From Candidatus Latescibacterota bacterium (GTDB taxonomy: Bacteria > Latescibacterota > UBA2968 > UBA8231): DNA of 20,000 nt. A program made the translations under genes and the position numbers. Below the pieces are notes generated by a model. That model was given only the letters and a program-made list of their open reading frames with translations, ran no database searches and had not been told where the DNA came from. Positions 1 to 8,665 of the stretch are shown here, in pieces; position 1 is the first letter of the stretch; each line of letters opens with the position of its first letter. The stretch lies in contig CBDCNM010000002.1 in the NCBI GenBank assembly GCA_965219385.1, forward strand, positions 4,459,751 through 4,479,750. The letters run 5' to 3'.

Positions 1-33
1 GTGATGATAATATCGCGGGAAGAAAGGGCTGTG

Positions 34-678
34 TCAACCTTTTTGGGGAATGGTTTCGAGCTGGCTGAGGATCTCCTTGAAGACCTGGTCGGGGGGGGGG
101 GTTCCATCGATCTGGACCATCAGGTCCTGGCGGTTGTAGTGTTCCAGTACAGGGGCGATTTCCTGGTGGTAGGTAGCCAGGCGTTCTTTCATGACCGCTT
201 CGGTATCGTCTCCGCGTTGTTCCAGCTGATCGATGAGCTCGGAGGGAGGAGGGTCAAATTTAAGATGGTAGATTCTTCCGGTCGCGGGGTCGGTGCGGCG
301 CCCGGTTATGCGCTCCAGCACCGCGTCGTCGCCCACGTTGATGAGGACCGCGGCATCCAGGGAAAGATTTTTTTGCTGGAGGCATTGGTCGAAGGAATGG
401 GCCTGGCTCAGGGTCCGCGGAAAGCCGTCCAGGATGAAGCCATTGGTGATATCGTCATGGGCGAGGCGGTCCTCCACCAGTTGCATGACGTGATGGTCGG
501 GTACCAGCCAGCCGTGTTTTAAGTAGGTTGCAATCATCAAACCCAGATCTGTGCCCTGGGACACGGCCTCGCGCAGCATATCACCCGTAGAAATGTGATT
601 GATTTTAAAATGTTTGGTCAGGAGCTTGGCCTGTGTGCCTTTACCTGAGGCCGGTGGCCCTATCAGTAATAAGCGCAT
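34..678 (-). CDS. adk: Adenylate kinase
   Basis: P-loop GPPASGKGT, HISTGDMLR, GFILDGFPRT and QRGDD motifs. LID region GRRTDPATGRIYH lacks Zn cysteines. AAGGA RBS upstream of the ATG. Confidence 0.97.
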   Translation of the reverse strand: MRLLLIGPPASGKGTQAKLLTKHFKINHISTGDMLREAVSQGTDLGLMIATYLKHGWLVPDHHVMQLVEDRLAHDDITNGFILDGFPRTLSQAHSFDQCLQQKNLSLDAAVLINVGDDAVLERITGRRTDPATGRIYHLKFDPPPSELIDQLEQRGDDTEAVMKERLATYHQEIAPVLEHYNRQDLMVQIDGTPPPDQVFKEILSQLETIPQKG

Positions 679-724
679 GAACAGTCCTTGTAAAGCGGCG
701 AGGATTTAGGCCGGAGGAAAGGAA

Positions 725-754
725 AGAATATATTAAAGAATCCGATATTATCAA
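725..754 (-). promoter_or_regulatory. Putative sigma70 promoter for adk
   Basis: Minus strand TTGATA (754-749), then TATATT after 16 bp (732-727) or TATTCT after 18 bp (730-725), in an AT-rich intergenic patch. Confidence 0.4.
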
Positions 755-868
755 GGAGATATTATCGAGCACAAGGGGAAATACCCATGATCGGTCGGAT
801 GCTCCCGGCGTTCCATCTTTTTGAAGCATTCCTCGAGAAGGTGATCGATCTGCACCAGGATGGCCGGC

Positions 869-2797
869 TCAATCGCTGGTACATCCAGCAGGATTCGGAG
901 ACCTGGAAGGACTAGCAGGAGACCGGCCGCGTCGGGCGTGCAGCAATACCATCAGGGACGATACATCGGCCGGTGAGACCCCGGAGATGCGCTGGGCCTG
1001 ACCCAGATTCCGGGGGCGGATGACGGCCAGTTTCTGGCGGGCTTCAGTGGACAGGCTCAGGGCTTCGGTGGCGTAATCGAAATCGTCGGGGATGGACATG
1101 GCTTCCATCCGCTTGAGCTTTTCCACCTGGGTGGCCTGGCGTTCGATGTACCCGGCGTACTTGATCCGGGCTTCCACGTGCTCGGCCGCGTCGGGCTTCA
1201 GAGGTTGTTCCGGCGGCAGAATCTCGACGATCTCGCGGTAGGTCAGCTCCGGCCGCCGCAAAAGGTCGGCCAGCAGGGTGGATTCTTTGATGGGGGCGGT
1301 GCCGCAACGCCGCAGGACCTCCAGGACTTTCTCGCCCGGTTTGACCCGCTGCCGGTCGAGACGTTCCAGCTCCCGGTCCACCTGGGCTTGCTTTTCCACA
1401 AAACGCTGGTAAATGGGATCCTCGACCGTGCCGAACTGGCGACCGAATTCCATGAGACGATAATCCGCGTTGTCTTCGCGCAACAGCAGGCGGTACTCGG
1501 CGCGAGAGGTGAAGATCCGGTAGGGTTCCTGGGTGCCCTTGGTGACCAGGTCGTCGATCAGCACCCCGATATAGGCGGTGGAACGGTCGAGGACGAAGGG
1601 AGCCTCGCCGCGGGTTTTGAGCACCGCGTTGATGCCGGCCATAAGGCCCTGGGCCGCGGCTTCCTCGTAGCCGGTGGTGCCGTTGATCTGGCCGGCAAAG
1701 AAGAGGCCCTCCACCCGCTTGGTCTCCAGGTGGGGGTAGAGCTGGGTAGGAGGTGCATAATCGTACTCGACGGCATAGGCCGGCCGCATGATAACGGCTT
1801 TTTCCAGGCCTGGGATGGTGCGGACGATATCGCGCTGGACCTCCTCGGGCAGGCTCATGGACAGCCCGTTGATATAGTACTCCAGGGTGCGGCGGCCTTC
1901 CGGTTCCACAAAAATCGGGTGGCGGTCCTTGGCGCTGAACTTGACCACCTTGTCTTCGATGGAGGGGCAGTAGCGCGGACCAATGCCTTTGATGCGGCCG
2001 CTGTACATGGCTGAGCGCTCCAGGTTTTCCTGGATGAGACCGTGGGTCCCGGGGTGGGTGTAGGTGAGCCAGCAGGGTTGTTGCTCCTGGGTGATGGATT
2101 CCACCGCATAGGAAAAGGGAGTGGGTGGTTGGTCGCCGGGCTGGACCTCCATGGCGGCGAAGTCGATGCCGCGGCCATTGACCCGGGGCGGGGTGCCGGT
2201 CTTGAGGCGGCCGATCTCAAAGCCCAGGGAGACCAGTCCGGCGGATGCCTTCTCGGCGGCGCTTTCGCCGGCGCGACCGGCGCTGTAGGAGGCATCGCCG
2301 ACGTGGATCTTGCCCTTGAGGAAGGTCCCGGTGGTGAGGATGACGGCGCCGGCCCGCAAGAGGGTGCCGCCCTTGAGCCCCACCCCCTCGATGCGTCCCT
2401 CCTCGATGAAAAGCTCTTCCATCAGGCCCTGGTAGATATCGAGGCGCTCCTGTTGCTCGCAGGCAAACTTCATCTCGAACTGGTAGGCTTTTTTATCGGC
2501 CTGGGCCCGGGAGGCGCGCACGGCCGGTCCCCGACTGGTATTGAGCCGGCGGAACTGAATTCCGGTGCGATCGATGTTGAGGGCCATCTGGCCGCCCAAG
2601 GCGTCGATCTCCTTGACCAGATGGCCCTTGCCGATGCCGCCGATGGCCGGGTTGCACGACATCTGGCCGATGGTATCGAGGTTCATGGTGAGCAGGAGGG
2701 TCTCGGCGCCCATGCGGGCTGCGGCCAGGGCTGCCTCGGTCCCGGCGTGGCCGCCCCCCACCACGATGACATCGTAGGTTTGTTCGAAGACGCTCAT
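869..2797 (-). CDS. mnmG: tRNA uridine-5-carboxymethylaminomethyl(34) synthesis enzyme MnmG (GidA)
   Basis: [13 protein letters not shown] motif, [46 protein letters not shown] and [15 protein letters not shown]; 642 aa. Confidence 0.98.
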   Translation of the reverse strand: MSVFEQTYDVIVVGGGHAGTEAALAAARMGAETLLLTMNLDTIGQMSCNPAIGGIGKGHLVKEIDALGGQMALNIDRTGIQFRRLNTSRGPAVRASRAQADKKAYQFEMKFACEQQERLDIYQGLMEELFIEEGRIEGVGLKGGTLLRAGAVILTTGTFLKGKIHVGDASYSAGRAGESAAEKASAGLVSLGFEIGRLKTGTPPRVNGRGIDFAAMEVQPGDQPPTPFSYAVESITQEQQPCWLTYTHPGTHGLIQENLERSAMYSGRIKGIGPRYCPSIEDKVVKFSAKDRHPIFVEPEGRRTLEYYINGLSMSLPEEVQRDIVRTIPGLEKAVIMRPAYAVEYDYAPPTQLYPHLETKRVEGLFFAGQINGTTGYEEAAAQGLMAGINAVLKTRGEAPFVLDRSTAYIGVLIDDLVTKGTQEPYRIFTSRAEYRLLLREDNADYRLMEFGRQFGTVEDPIYQRFVEKQAQVDRELERLDRQRVKPGEKVLEVLRRCGTAPIKESTLLADLLRRPELTYREIVEILPPEQPLKPDAAEHVEARIKYAGYIERQATQVEKLKRMEAMSIPDDFDYATEALSLSTEARQKLAVIRPRNLGQAQRISGVSPADVSSLMVLLHARRGRSPASPSRSPNPAGCTSD

Positions 2798-2801
2798 GAG
2801 G

Positions 2802-3077
2802 TTACTGGTCTTTGTCGAACAGGTGGGTAAACTTCAGTTCGAGTTGCTGCGCCAGGGCGTCCAGAACTTGTGCGGCCGTCCCGGGGCGCTCCCTCTTCTC
2901 GGTCCATTGCCACTGGTCCAGGTAGTCGTCGCTGCCTTCCAGACCTTCCTCCATGGCGATGCGGTCGATTTCCAGCTGGAAGCGCTCGCTCAGAGGGCGC
3001 GACACCGGCCGGCGGCCCTCAAAGGCCCGTATCTGGGCCGGGATTTCTCTCCAGTAAAGAATCTGGTACTCAGCCAT
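2802..3077 (-). CDS. Small 'virulence factor'-family protein (91 aa), a family commonly found next to B12/folate methyltransferase genes
   Basis: [16 protein letters not shown]...[14 protein letters not shown]...[11 protein letters not shown] matches the YWRxIP/RFxxAIDxxAM/YLxxW pattern of this family. Start moved to ATG 3077, 7 bp after the upstream stop, rather than 3206. Confidence 0.8.
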   Translation of the reverse strand: MAEYQILYWREIPAQIRAFEGRRPVSRPLSERFQLEIDRIAMEEGLEGSDDYLDQWQWTEKRERPGTAAQVLDALAQQLELKFTHLFDKDQ

Positions 3078-3084
3078 GATGGAT

Positions 3085-4095
3085 TCAATCCGTTTCAAGT
3101 CCCAGATGGGTGTAGGCGGCCCGGCGAAATGCCCTGATGTGGGCGGGGGTAGTGCCGCAGCACCCACCAATAAAATAAGCCCCCTGGTCGAGGAGAGCGG
3201 GCACAAGGACCTCCATATCCTCGGGTGTTTGCGAGTAGTAGGTCAGGTGGTTTTCGTCCAGGAGCGGCATACCGGCGTTGGGATAGGCCATTATTTTTTT
3301 GCAGATGCCCCTGGCGGCCATGGCTTCTCTGAGTTGCCCGGTGCCGTTTACCGCATAGGGCATGCCGGTGTGCTCGAGGTGGCGCGATTCGGCGCCGCAG
3401 TTCAGGCCCAGGATATGAACGTGGTCCAGGAGGTTGGCGCCACTGGAAAACCTTCCCGAGGACAGTACATCCACCAGGTCCGCGGCCGAATGACCCCAGT
3501 CGGTGCGATACACCACTTTTTTAGTGGGGCGATCCACGGTGTACTTGTAGGTCATACTCACCGCGACCGGCAACCCGGTTTTGCGGGCCTCGTCTACAGC
3601 TATGGCCGCTTCGTTGGCGGAAAACTGGGTTTCGATGCAAAAGAAATCGACCCCGGCTTCGGCCATGGTCTGCGCCATTCTTTTGTGCGCCTCCCTGACC
3701 CGGTGATTGGCAATCCCGAAGTCGACGTCCCCGGCGTCGGCTTCGATGGCGCCGGGAGAGGGGCCCATGGACCCGGCGATGTATATGTCCCGGCCGCTTT
3801 TTTCGACCGCTTTTTGAGCGTGCTCCACGGCGTGCCGGACAATGGTATCAGCCGCGGCGCTGTCTTTACCTGCCATTTCGAGGTGCAGGGATGAAGCCAC
3901 AAAGGTATTGGTTCCGATGGCCTCGGCGCCCGCTTCGATGAAGGCCCAGTGGACCCCGACTACGTCCTCCGGGTGGGACTCGTTGGCCAGGGTGCTGTTG
4001 GTCAGCTGTACCCCCCTGGCGAAGAGTGCGGCCCCAAAACCGCCGTCGTAGATCATGGGGCGGGGGTCCTCCAGTCTTTCAGGTAGGGATTTCAC
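3085..4095 (-). CDS. Homocysteine S-methyltransferase family protein (stand-alone Hcy-binding module of MetH/BHMT type)
   Basis: IYDGGFG, TNTF, IAGSMGP, IETQ, the Zn ligands GLNCG and IGGCCGTTPAHI, and YPNAGMP. GTG start 1 bp after the upstream stop. Confidence 0.92.
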   Translation of the reverse strand: MKSLPERLEDPRPMIYDGGFGAALFARGVQLTNSTLANESHPEDVVGVHWAFIEAGAEAIGTNTFVASSLHLEMAGKDSAAADTIVRHAVEHAQKAVEKSGRDIYIAGSMGPSPGAIEADAGDVDFGIANHRVREAHKRMAQTMAEAGVDFFCIETQFSANEAAIAVDEARKTGLPVAVSMTYKYTVDRPTKKVVYRTDWGHSAADLVDVLSSGRFSSGANLLDHVHILGLNCGAESRHLEHTGMPYAVNGTGQLREAMAARGICKKIMAYPNAGMPLLDENHLTYYSQTPEDMEVLVPALLDQGAYFIGGCCGTTPAHIRAFRRAAYTHLGLETD

Positions 4096-4096
4096 C

Positions 4097-5140
4097 TTAA
4101 TAGGCCTTTAATGCGCCCTTGCGAAAAGCGCGCAGAAAGCTTTTGCAATTGCGGTCTCGTCCCAGGAGCATGTCCTCGGCGAGCTGGTAAGGGGTTGAAT
4201 CCCGATCGATGGAGAAGACGTGCCCGAGGTGACTGGTGATCGGATCGATGATTCCACTATCCGCCCCGGCTTCGATGGCCAGAATGAAAAAGACATCGTT
4301 GACCAGGCGCCGGGTGGGCAGTCCGAAGGAGACATTGCTGAAGCCGCCGGAAATGTGGATCTCGGGTCCGTAGCTGTGGCGCAGGCGGCGAATGGCATCT
4401 AGGCAGTGGTTGACGAATCGTCCGTCTACCGAGATGGGGAATACCAGGGGATCGATGTAGATATCCTGGATCGCGATGTTCTTGTCCAGAGCGGCATCTA
4501 CCATGCGCGAGGCATTGACAACCCGCTCCTCGGCGTCCTGGGGCATGCCTTTTTCACCCGCGGCCGTGACCATGACATGGGTGTTGTATTTCAGGGCCAG
4601 ATCCAGGGCCCCGAGCCGTTCCAGCGAGGCCGAGTTCAGCATGGTCCGGTCCTTGCCGCCGCCGGCTTCGAGCCCCTTTTCGATGGTCTCGATATTGGAT
4701 GAATCCACCGAAAGAGGGGTGGAGGACATCTCCTGTACGGTCTGCACCAGCCATTGTATGGCTTCCTGTTGCTCTTCGGGTTTCAGGGAGATTTCGTCCA
4801 CGTTCAGGTCGAGAAAATCCGCTCCGGCTTCTTTCTGGCGCCGGACCAGGCGCTCCAGGTAGGCCATGCCCTCGGCAGCTTCAGGTTCGCGGTCTGACAT
4901 GGCCGCCTGGATGGCTATTTTGACGTGCTTGACGCGACCTTCCTCGTAATCCTGGGTGCGTTTGATGTCCTCGGGTATCACCAGGTAGCGCCGCTGTCCC
5001 TCCGCGCCTGTAAACCGCACGGCCTCGGCTCCGTCGTCGGGGCGGTTGGCGACCAGCTTGCCCCGGCGCAATACGATGCGGGTGGTGTGGACGTTTTCGC
5101 CGATGGCGATGAATGCTTTTTCCAGCCCTTTGATTTTCAT
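4097..5140 (-). CDS. Pterin-binding methyltetrahydrofolate:corrinoid methyltransferase (AcsE / MetH folate-domain-like)
   Basis: IGENVH, GADFLDLNVD, PLSVDSS, LNSAS, IYIDPLVFPI and GGFSNVSFGLP. True start is probably ATG 5140 (MKIKGLEK), overlapping the upstream stop as ATGA. Confidence 0.9.
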   Translation of the reverse strand: MKIKGLEKAFIAIGENVHTTRIVLRRGKLVANRPDDGAEAVRFTGAEGQRRYLVIPEDIKRTQDYEEGRVKHVKIAIQAAMSDREPEAAEGMAYLERLVRRQKEAGADFLDLNVDEISLKPEEQQEAIQWLVQTVQEMSSTPLSVDSSNIETIEKGLEAGGGKDRTMLNSASLERLGALDLALKYNTHVMVTAAGEKGMPQDAEERVVNASRMVDAALDKNIAIQDIYIDPLVFPISVDGRFVNHCLDAIRRLRHSYGPEIHISGGFSNVSFGLPTRRLVNDVFFILAIEAGADSGIIDPITSHLGHVFSIDRDSTPYQLAEDMLLGRDRNCKSFLRAFRKGALKAY

Positions 5141-6744
5141 TCTGCTTTCCCTTTGCCGCGATGGTCCCGTTCCAGGAAGGTGTTGGCCCAGGCACTGGTG
5201 CCCTGCAGGGAGCCGTCCTTGAAGACCACCGGTCCGTCCAGCATTTCTTCTTCCTGGCCATAGGCTTTGAGACGCTCGTAGGCCAGGGCCCAGATGCATT
5301 CCTTTTCCCCTACCTCGCACTTGCCCTGGCGGGTCCCGCCGCAGGGGCCGTTGCGCTGGTTTTTGGCGCACTGGGACTCGGGGCACAGATAGGCGATATC
5401 CGGCAGGGAACAGTCGCCGCAGTCCCGGCAGTCGAAGGCGGCGATCTTGAGGGCCTGTTCCACCCCGTGCAGGGTTTTTTGCACGCCCTGGCCGGCGCGT
5501 TCGCCCACGGTGGCAATCTTCTTGCCGATGCGGAATCCCGCGCTGCCTTTTTCAAAGACCTTGTCGTGGACCCGGCGGTTGATCTTGTAGCTGAGGGGCA
5601 CCTGGCGGCGGGCGGCTTTCAAAGCGTCCAGACTTTTGGAGCGCAGGTAGTCCTGGTTGATTTCGCTGGAACTGAGCCCGGTATCTGGATCGGGCTCAAA
5701 GTAGAAAAATTCTCCGGGAAGGTGGAAGTGGATTTCTCTGGCGAAGTCTTTCCAGTCGTCGTCCCCGAAGCTGGCGGTCAGTTCCAGAATGCGCTGGTAG
5801 TCGTTGTACTTGAGGTGCCCTCCCAGGTACACCCCGCGAAAACCCAGGCCCTTGGCAAGAGCGCACTGCTTGGCGGCGAACTCGAGAAAAAAAGCCTTGC
5901 CCTTATCGGGAGAGCCGGCCTGTTTTTCGACCACCTCGAGGAGTTCGTCGGTCACGACCACGCCCGGTATGTTGCCGCCGTTGAAGTAGCGCGCCGCAGG
6001 AAGGCTGAGCACGAAGACATTGCCCAGAACCGGTACCTGCAAATTGTGCAGTTTCATGTATTTCAACAATTCGTCCTGTTTGCGCGCGTCGTAGCCGATC
6101 TGGTTGATGATGAAGGCCGCTCCGCTGGCAATTTTTTTGGCCAATTTGAAGTACTGGGGCATGACCTCGCGTTCGAGGGGTTTGTGGTTGTTGACCGCCG
6201 CTCCAAGAAAAAAATCAGTGCTTTCCAGAACCTGGGCCCGGCGGCCGTTGTCCACCTGCATGCCGGCGTTCATGTCGGAGAACATCTTCAACAAGGCGAC
6301 CGAATCAATGTCGAATACAGGGCTGGCCTGCCCTTGATAGCCGTCGATGGGGTAGTCCCCCGACAGGGCGAGAATATTGTTGAAACCTTCGCTGGCCAGC
6401 TGCCAGGCGCGGCTCTGAATGGCGTTGCGGTTCCAGTCTTTACAGGAGAGGTGGATGATGACTTCCTGCCCCCTGGAGATGAGATCGGTTCCCAGGGTGT
6501 CGGGGTTGATCATGGCGTTGCCGCCTGGATTATCGGTGATGCTTAGGGCGTGGACCAGCGGATGCTCGGCGAGTCTGCGCGCCAGGGTCAGTACGCGGCG
6601 TCCATTGCGCTCGGTGATGAGTCCGCGCGAGGTTACCAGCTCCACACAGGTGACAAAGCTCTCGGCTTCTTCGAGCAGGTCGCGGAAGGAGGGCTTGTGC
6701 CAGGCGCTGGAGCAGCGCATGGGTCGGGTGGGAGAGAAGGTCAT
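5137..6744 (-). CDS. Methylenetetrahydrofolate reductase (MetF-like) fused to a C-terminal MetV/MTHFR_C Cys-rich domain
   Basis: SITDNPGG, IIHLSCKDWNRN, NILALSGDYP and KKIASGAAFIINQIGYD. C-terminus CRDCGDC...LCPESQCAKNQRNGPCGG...KCEV...ECIW is the MTHFR_C zinc-finger pattern. Confidence 0.92.
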   Translation of the reverse strand: MTFSPTRPMRCSSAWHKPSFRDLLEEAESFVTCVELVTSRGLITERNGRRVLTLARRLAEHPLVHALSITDNPGGNAMINPDTLGTDLISRGQEVIIHLSCKDWNRNAIQSRAWQLASEGFNNILALSGDYPIDGYQGQASPVFDIDSVALLKMFSDMNAGMQVDNGRRAQVLESTDFFLGAAVNNHKPLEREVMPQYFKLAKKIASGAAFIINQIGYDARKQDELLKYMKLHNLQVPVLGNVFVLSLPAARYFNGGNIPGVVVTDELLEVVEKQAGSPDKGKAFFLEFAAKQCALAKGLGFRGVYLGGHLKYNDYQRILELTASFGDDDWKDFAREIHFHLPGEFFYFEPDPDTGLSSSEINQDYLRSKSLDALKAARRQVPLSYKINRRVHDKVFEKGSAGFRIGKKIATVGERAGQGVQKTLHGVEQALKIAAFDCRDCGDCSLPDIAYLCPESQCAKNQRNGPCGGTRQGKCEVGEKECIWALAYERLKAYGQEEEMLDGPVVFKDGSLQGTSAWANTFLERDHRGKGKAE

Positions 6745-8657
6745 GAGCCAACCTTTTTCCGGCCCAGGGAAGCCGGCATGGGTTTGAACTGGCAGCCCTC
6801 GACAAAGACCTCGAAGAAATCGGGCGTGGTTTCCAGCTCCACGTGTTCTATCTGTTTAACCTGAGACTCGATTGCAGCGCGCTGCCGGCGCGACAGCAGC
6901 ACCTGGCGGGCTCCCTGCACCGCGGCATTGCCTATTTTGACGATGCGCTCGGGGGGTACAGGCGCCAGGAAACCGATCTCGATGGCGTTGTCCACATCTA
7001 CGTAGTTGGCAAAACCGCCGGCCAGGTAGAGCCTGTCTACCGCGGCCGGTTCAATGCCGCAATGCCGCATGGCGATGAACTGTCCGCAGTAGTTGGCCGC
7101 CTTGGCCTGGGCCAGGTTGCTGCCGTCTTCGCGCGAGAAAGTGATGCCGCGCTCGGGCACGATCTGCAATTCATAGGCCTTGTCGGCGAATACCCCTTTG
7201 GGGGTCATCTGCCCGTGGCGCCTTAGTTCGGCCAGCAGGTCGATCAGGCCGGAGCCGCAGAGCCCCTCAGGTTCCACATCGCCAATGGTATGGTAGTCAA
7301 AACGGCCGTCGGTCCAGCGAATCGACTCGATGGCGCCTTCGTACCCAGGCATCCCGTACTTGATCAGGCCGCCTTCAAAAGCAGGGCCGGCCGGACAGGA
7401 GGCCGCCATCATCCGCCCGTTGTGCCCCACCACCACTTCGGTGTTGGTCCCCACATCCACCAGCATGAAAGTTTCCTCCCGGGTGGCCGCGCCCAGGGCC
7501 ACCAGGTCGGCGGCGGTATCCGCGCCCACGTGGCTGGCGATCAGCGGCAGTCCATAGATCCGGGCCTTGGGGTTGGCGCGCAATCCGAGTCTGCGGGCGC
7601 TCTCCTCCAGGGCTGTGGTCGGGCGCTTGCCCGCGAGGTACTGGTGTTCTACCAGGGATTTGTAGGGTTTCTGGCCGATGCTCTGCACATCCAGTCTGAA
7701 GAACAGGTCGCGCATGGTGGAGTTGCCGGCCACGACAATTTCGTAGATTTCCTGCCGGACAAAGTCGAGGCGTTTGCCCATTTCCAGGATTTCGTGGTTG
7801 AGGGCATTGACCACGGCCTTGCGCAATTCTCCACCGAATTCGCCGTCGTAGGAAATCCGGTGCATCACATCGCTGCCCCCGAAGCGCTGGGGGTTTTCAA
7901 AAGAGCTGACGTGGAGGCTCTGGCCGCTCTCCAGGTCCACCAGATCCAGGACCACGGTGGTGGTACCCAGGTCCAGGGCCAGGCCGTAGATATGGCCGCG
8001 GTAGGTGTCGATGGCTTCGTCGGCGCGGTACACTGCATGGCCCCGGCGGGTGATCAAAGGATCCAGTTCAACGGGTTTTTCCCGGGAAGCGGAAAGGATT
8101 TTGGGCACGCGCCGCAGGGGGATGAACACCACGTCGATAGCCGGGTCTTCGACCACGGCCTGACAGGCGAGGCGATAGTCATCCCGCAGGAAGGATTCGG
8201 CCTGGGTGCGGCCCCCCAGGGCCTCCATGCCCTGTTTGATTTCGACGATGCACTCGTGGCAGTGGCCGGTGCGGCCGCAGGAGGTGGGCACCTGCACGGC
8301 CAGGTCGTCGGCGTAGTCGAAAATGGTCTTGCCGGATTCGAGAGGACGTTTTTCGCCGTCGTGCTCTATGGTGCCGGTGCCGGAAAAAGGGTCGTCCATC
8401 GGCGGAGCCGGATTTGCCCCGGTTTCCCAGGCGCTGCGGTAGTCGATTTTGTCGTCGCCGCCGCACACCAGCAAGCCGCCCCGGGCGCGCGGTTTACGCT
8501 GGTTGCGGCAGCCGAATTGGGCGGTGCATTCATCAAAGCGGTTCTTGTAGGGGCAACGGTAGGTGGCTTGCTCGTCGGCGTGGACGCCCATGTCGGCCAA
8601 AATGCCCGAGAGTCGGTCGAGGCGCTTTTGGTATGCTTGCTTGTCGATCTTTTGCAT
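6741..8657 (-). CDS. ATP-dependent reductive activator of corrinoid proteins (RACo/RamA, ASKHA/DUF4445) with a 2Fe-2S domain
   Basis: 2Fe-2S motif SCGRTGHCHEC...RLACQ. ASKHA motifs LDLGTTT, NPQRFGGSDVMHRI, VDVGTNTE, GPAFEG, GLCGSGLID, LAGGFA and IGNAA. Start moved to ATG 8657 (MQKIDKQ), 8 bp after the upstream stop. Confidence 0.93.
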   Translation of the reverse strand: MQKIDKQAYQKRLDRLSGILADMGVHADEQATYRCPYKNRFDECTAQFGCRNQRKPRARGGLLVCGGDDKIDYRSAWETGANPAPPMDDPFSGTGTIEHDGEKRPLESGKTIFDYADDLAVQVPTSCGRTGHCHECIVEIKQGMEALGGRTQAESFLRDDYRLACQAVVEDPAIDVVFIPLRRVPKILSASREKPVELDPLITRRGHAVYRADEAIDTYRGHIYGLALDLGTTTVVLDLVDLESGQSLHVSSFENPQRFGGSDVMHRISYDGEFGGELRKAVVNALNHEILEMGKRLDFVRQEIYEIVVAGNSTMRDLFFRLDVQSIGQKPYKSLVEHQYLAGKRPTTALEESARRLGLRANPKARIYGLPLIASHVGADTAADLVALGAATREETFMLVDVGTNTEVVVGHNGRMMAASCPAGPAFEGGLIKYGMPGYEGAIESIRWTDGRFDYHTIGDVEPEGLCGSGLIDLLAELRRHGQMTPKGVFADKAYELQIVPERGITFSREDGSNLAQAKAANYCGQFIAMRHCGIEPAAVDRLYLAGGFANYVDVDNAIEIGFLAPVPPERIVKIGNAAVQGARQVLLSRRQRAAIESQVKQIEHVELETTPDFFEVFVEGCQFKPMPASLGRKKVGS

Positions 8658-8665
8658 CGCGGATT

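Noticed and set aside
91..101. G11 homopolymer in adk as a phase-variation switch
   Set aside because: It is in frame (T-P-P-P), lies near the 3' end of a housekeeping gene, and the downstream residues look normal. At most it is a sequencing-error risk.
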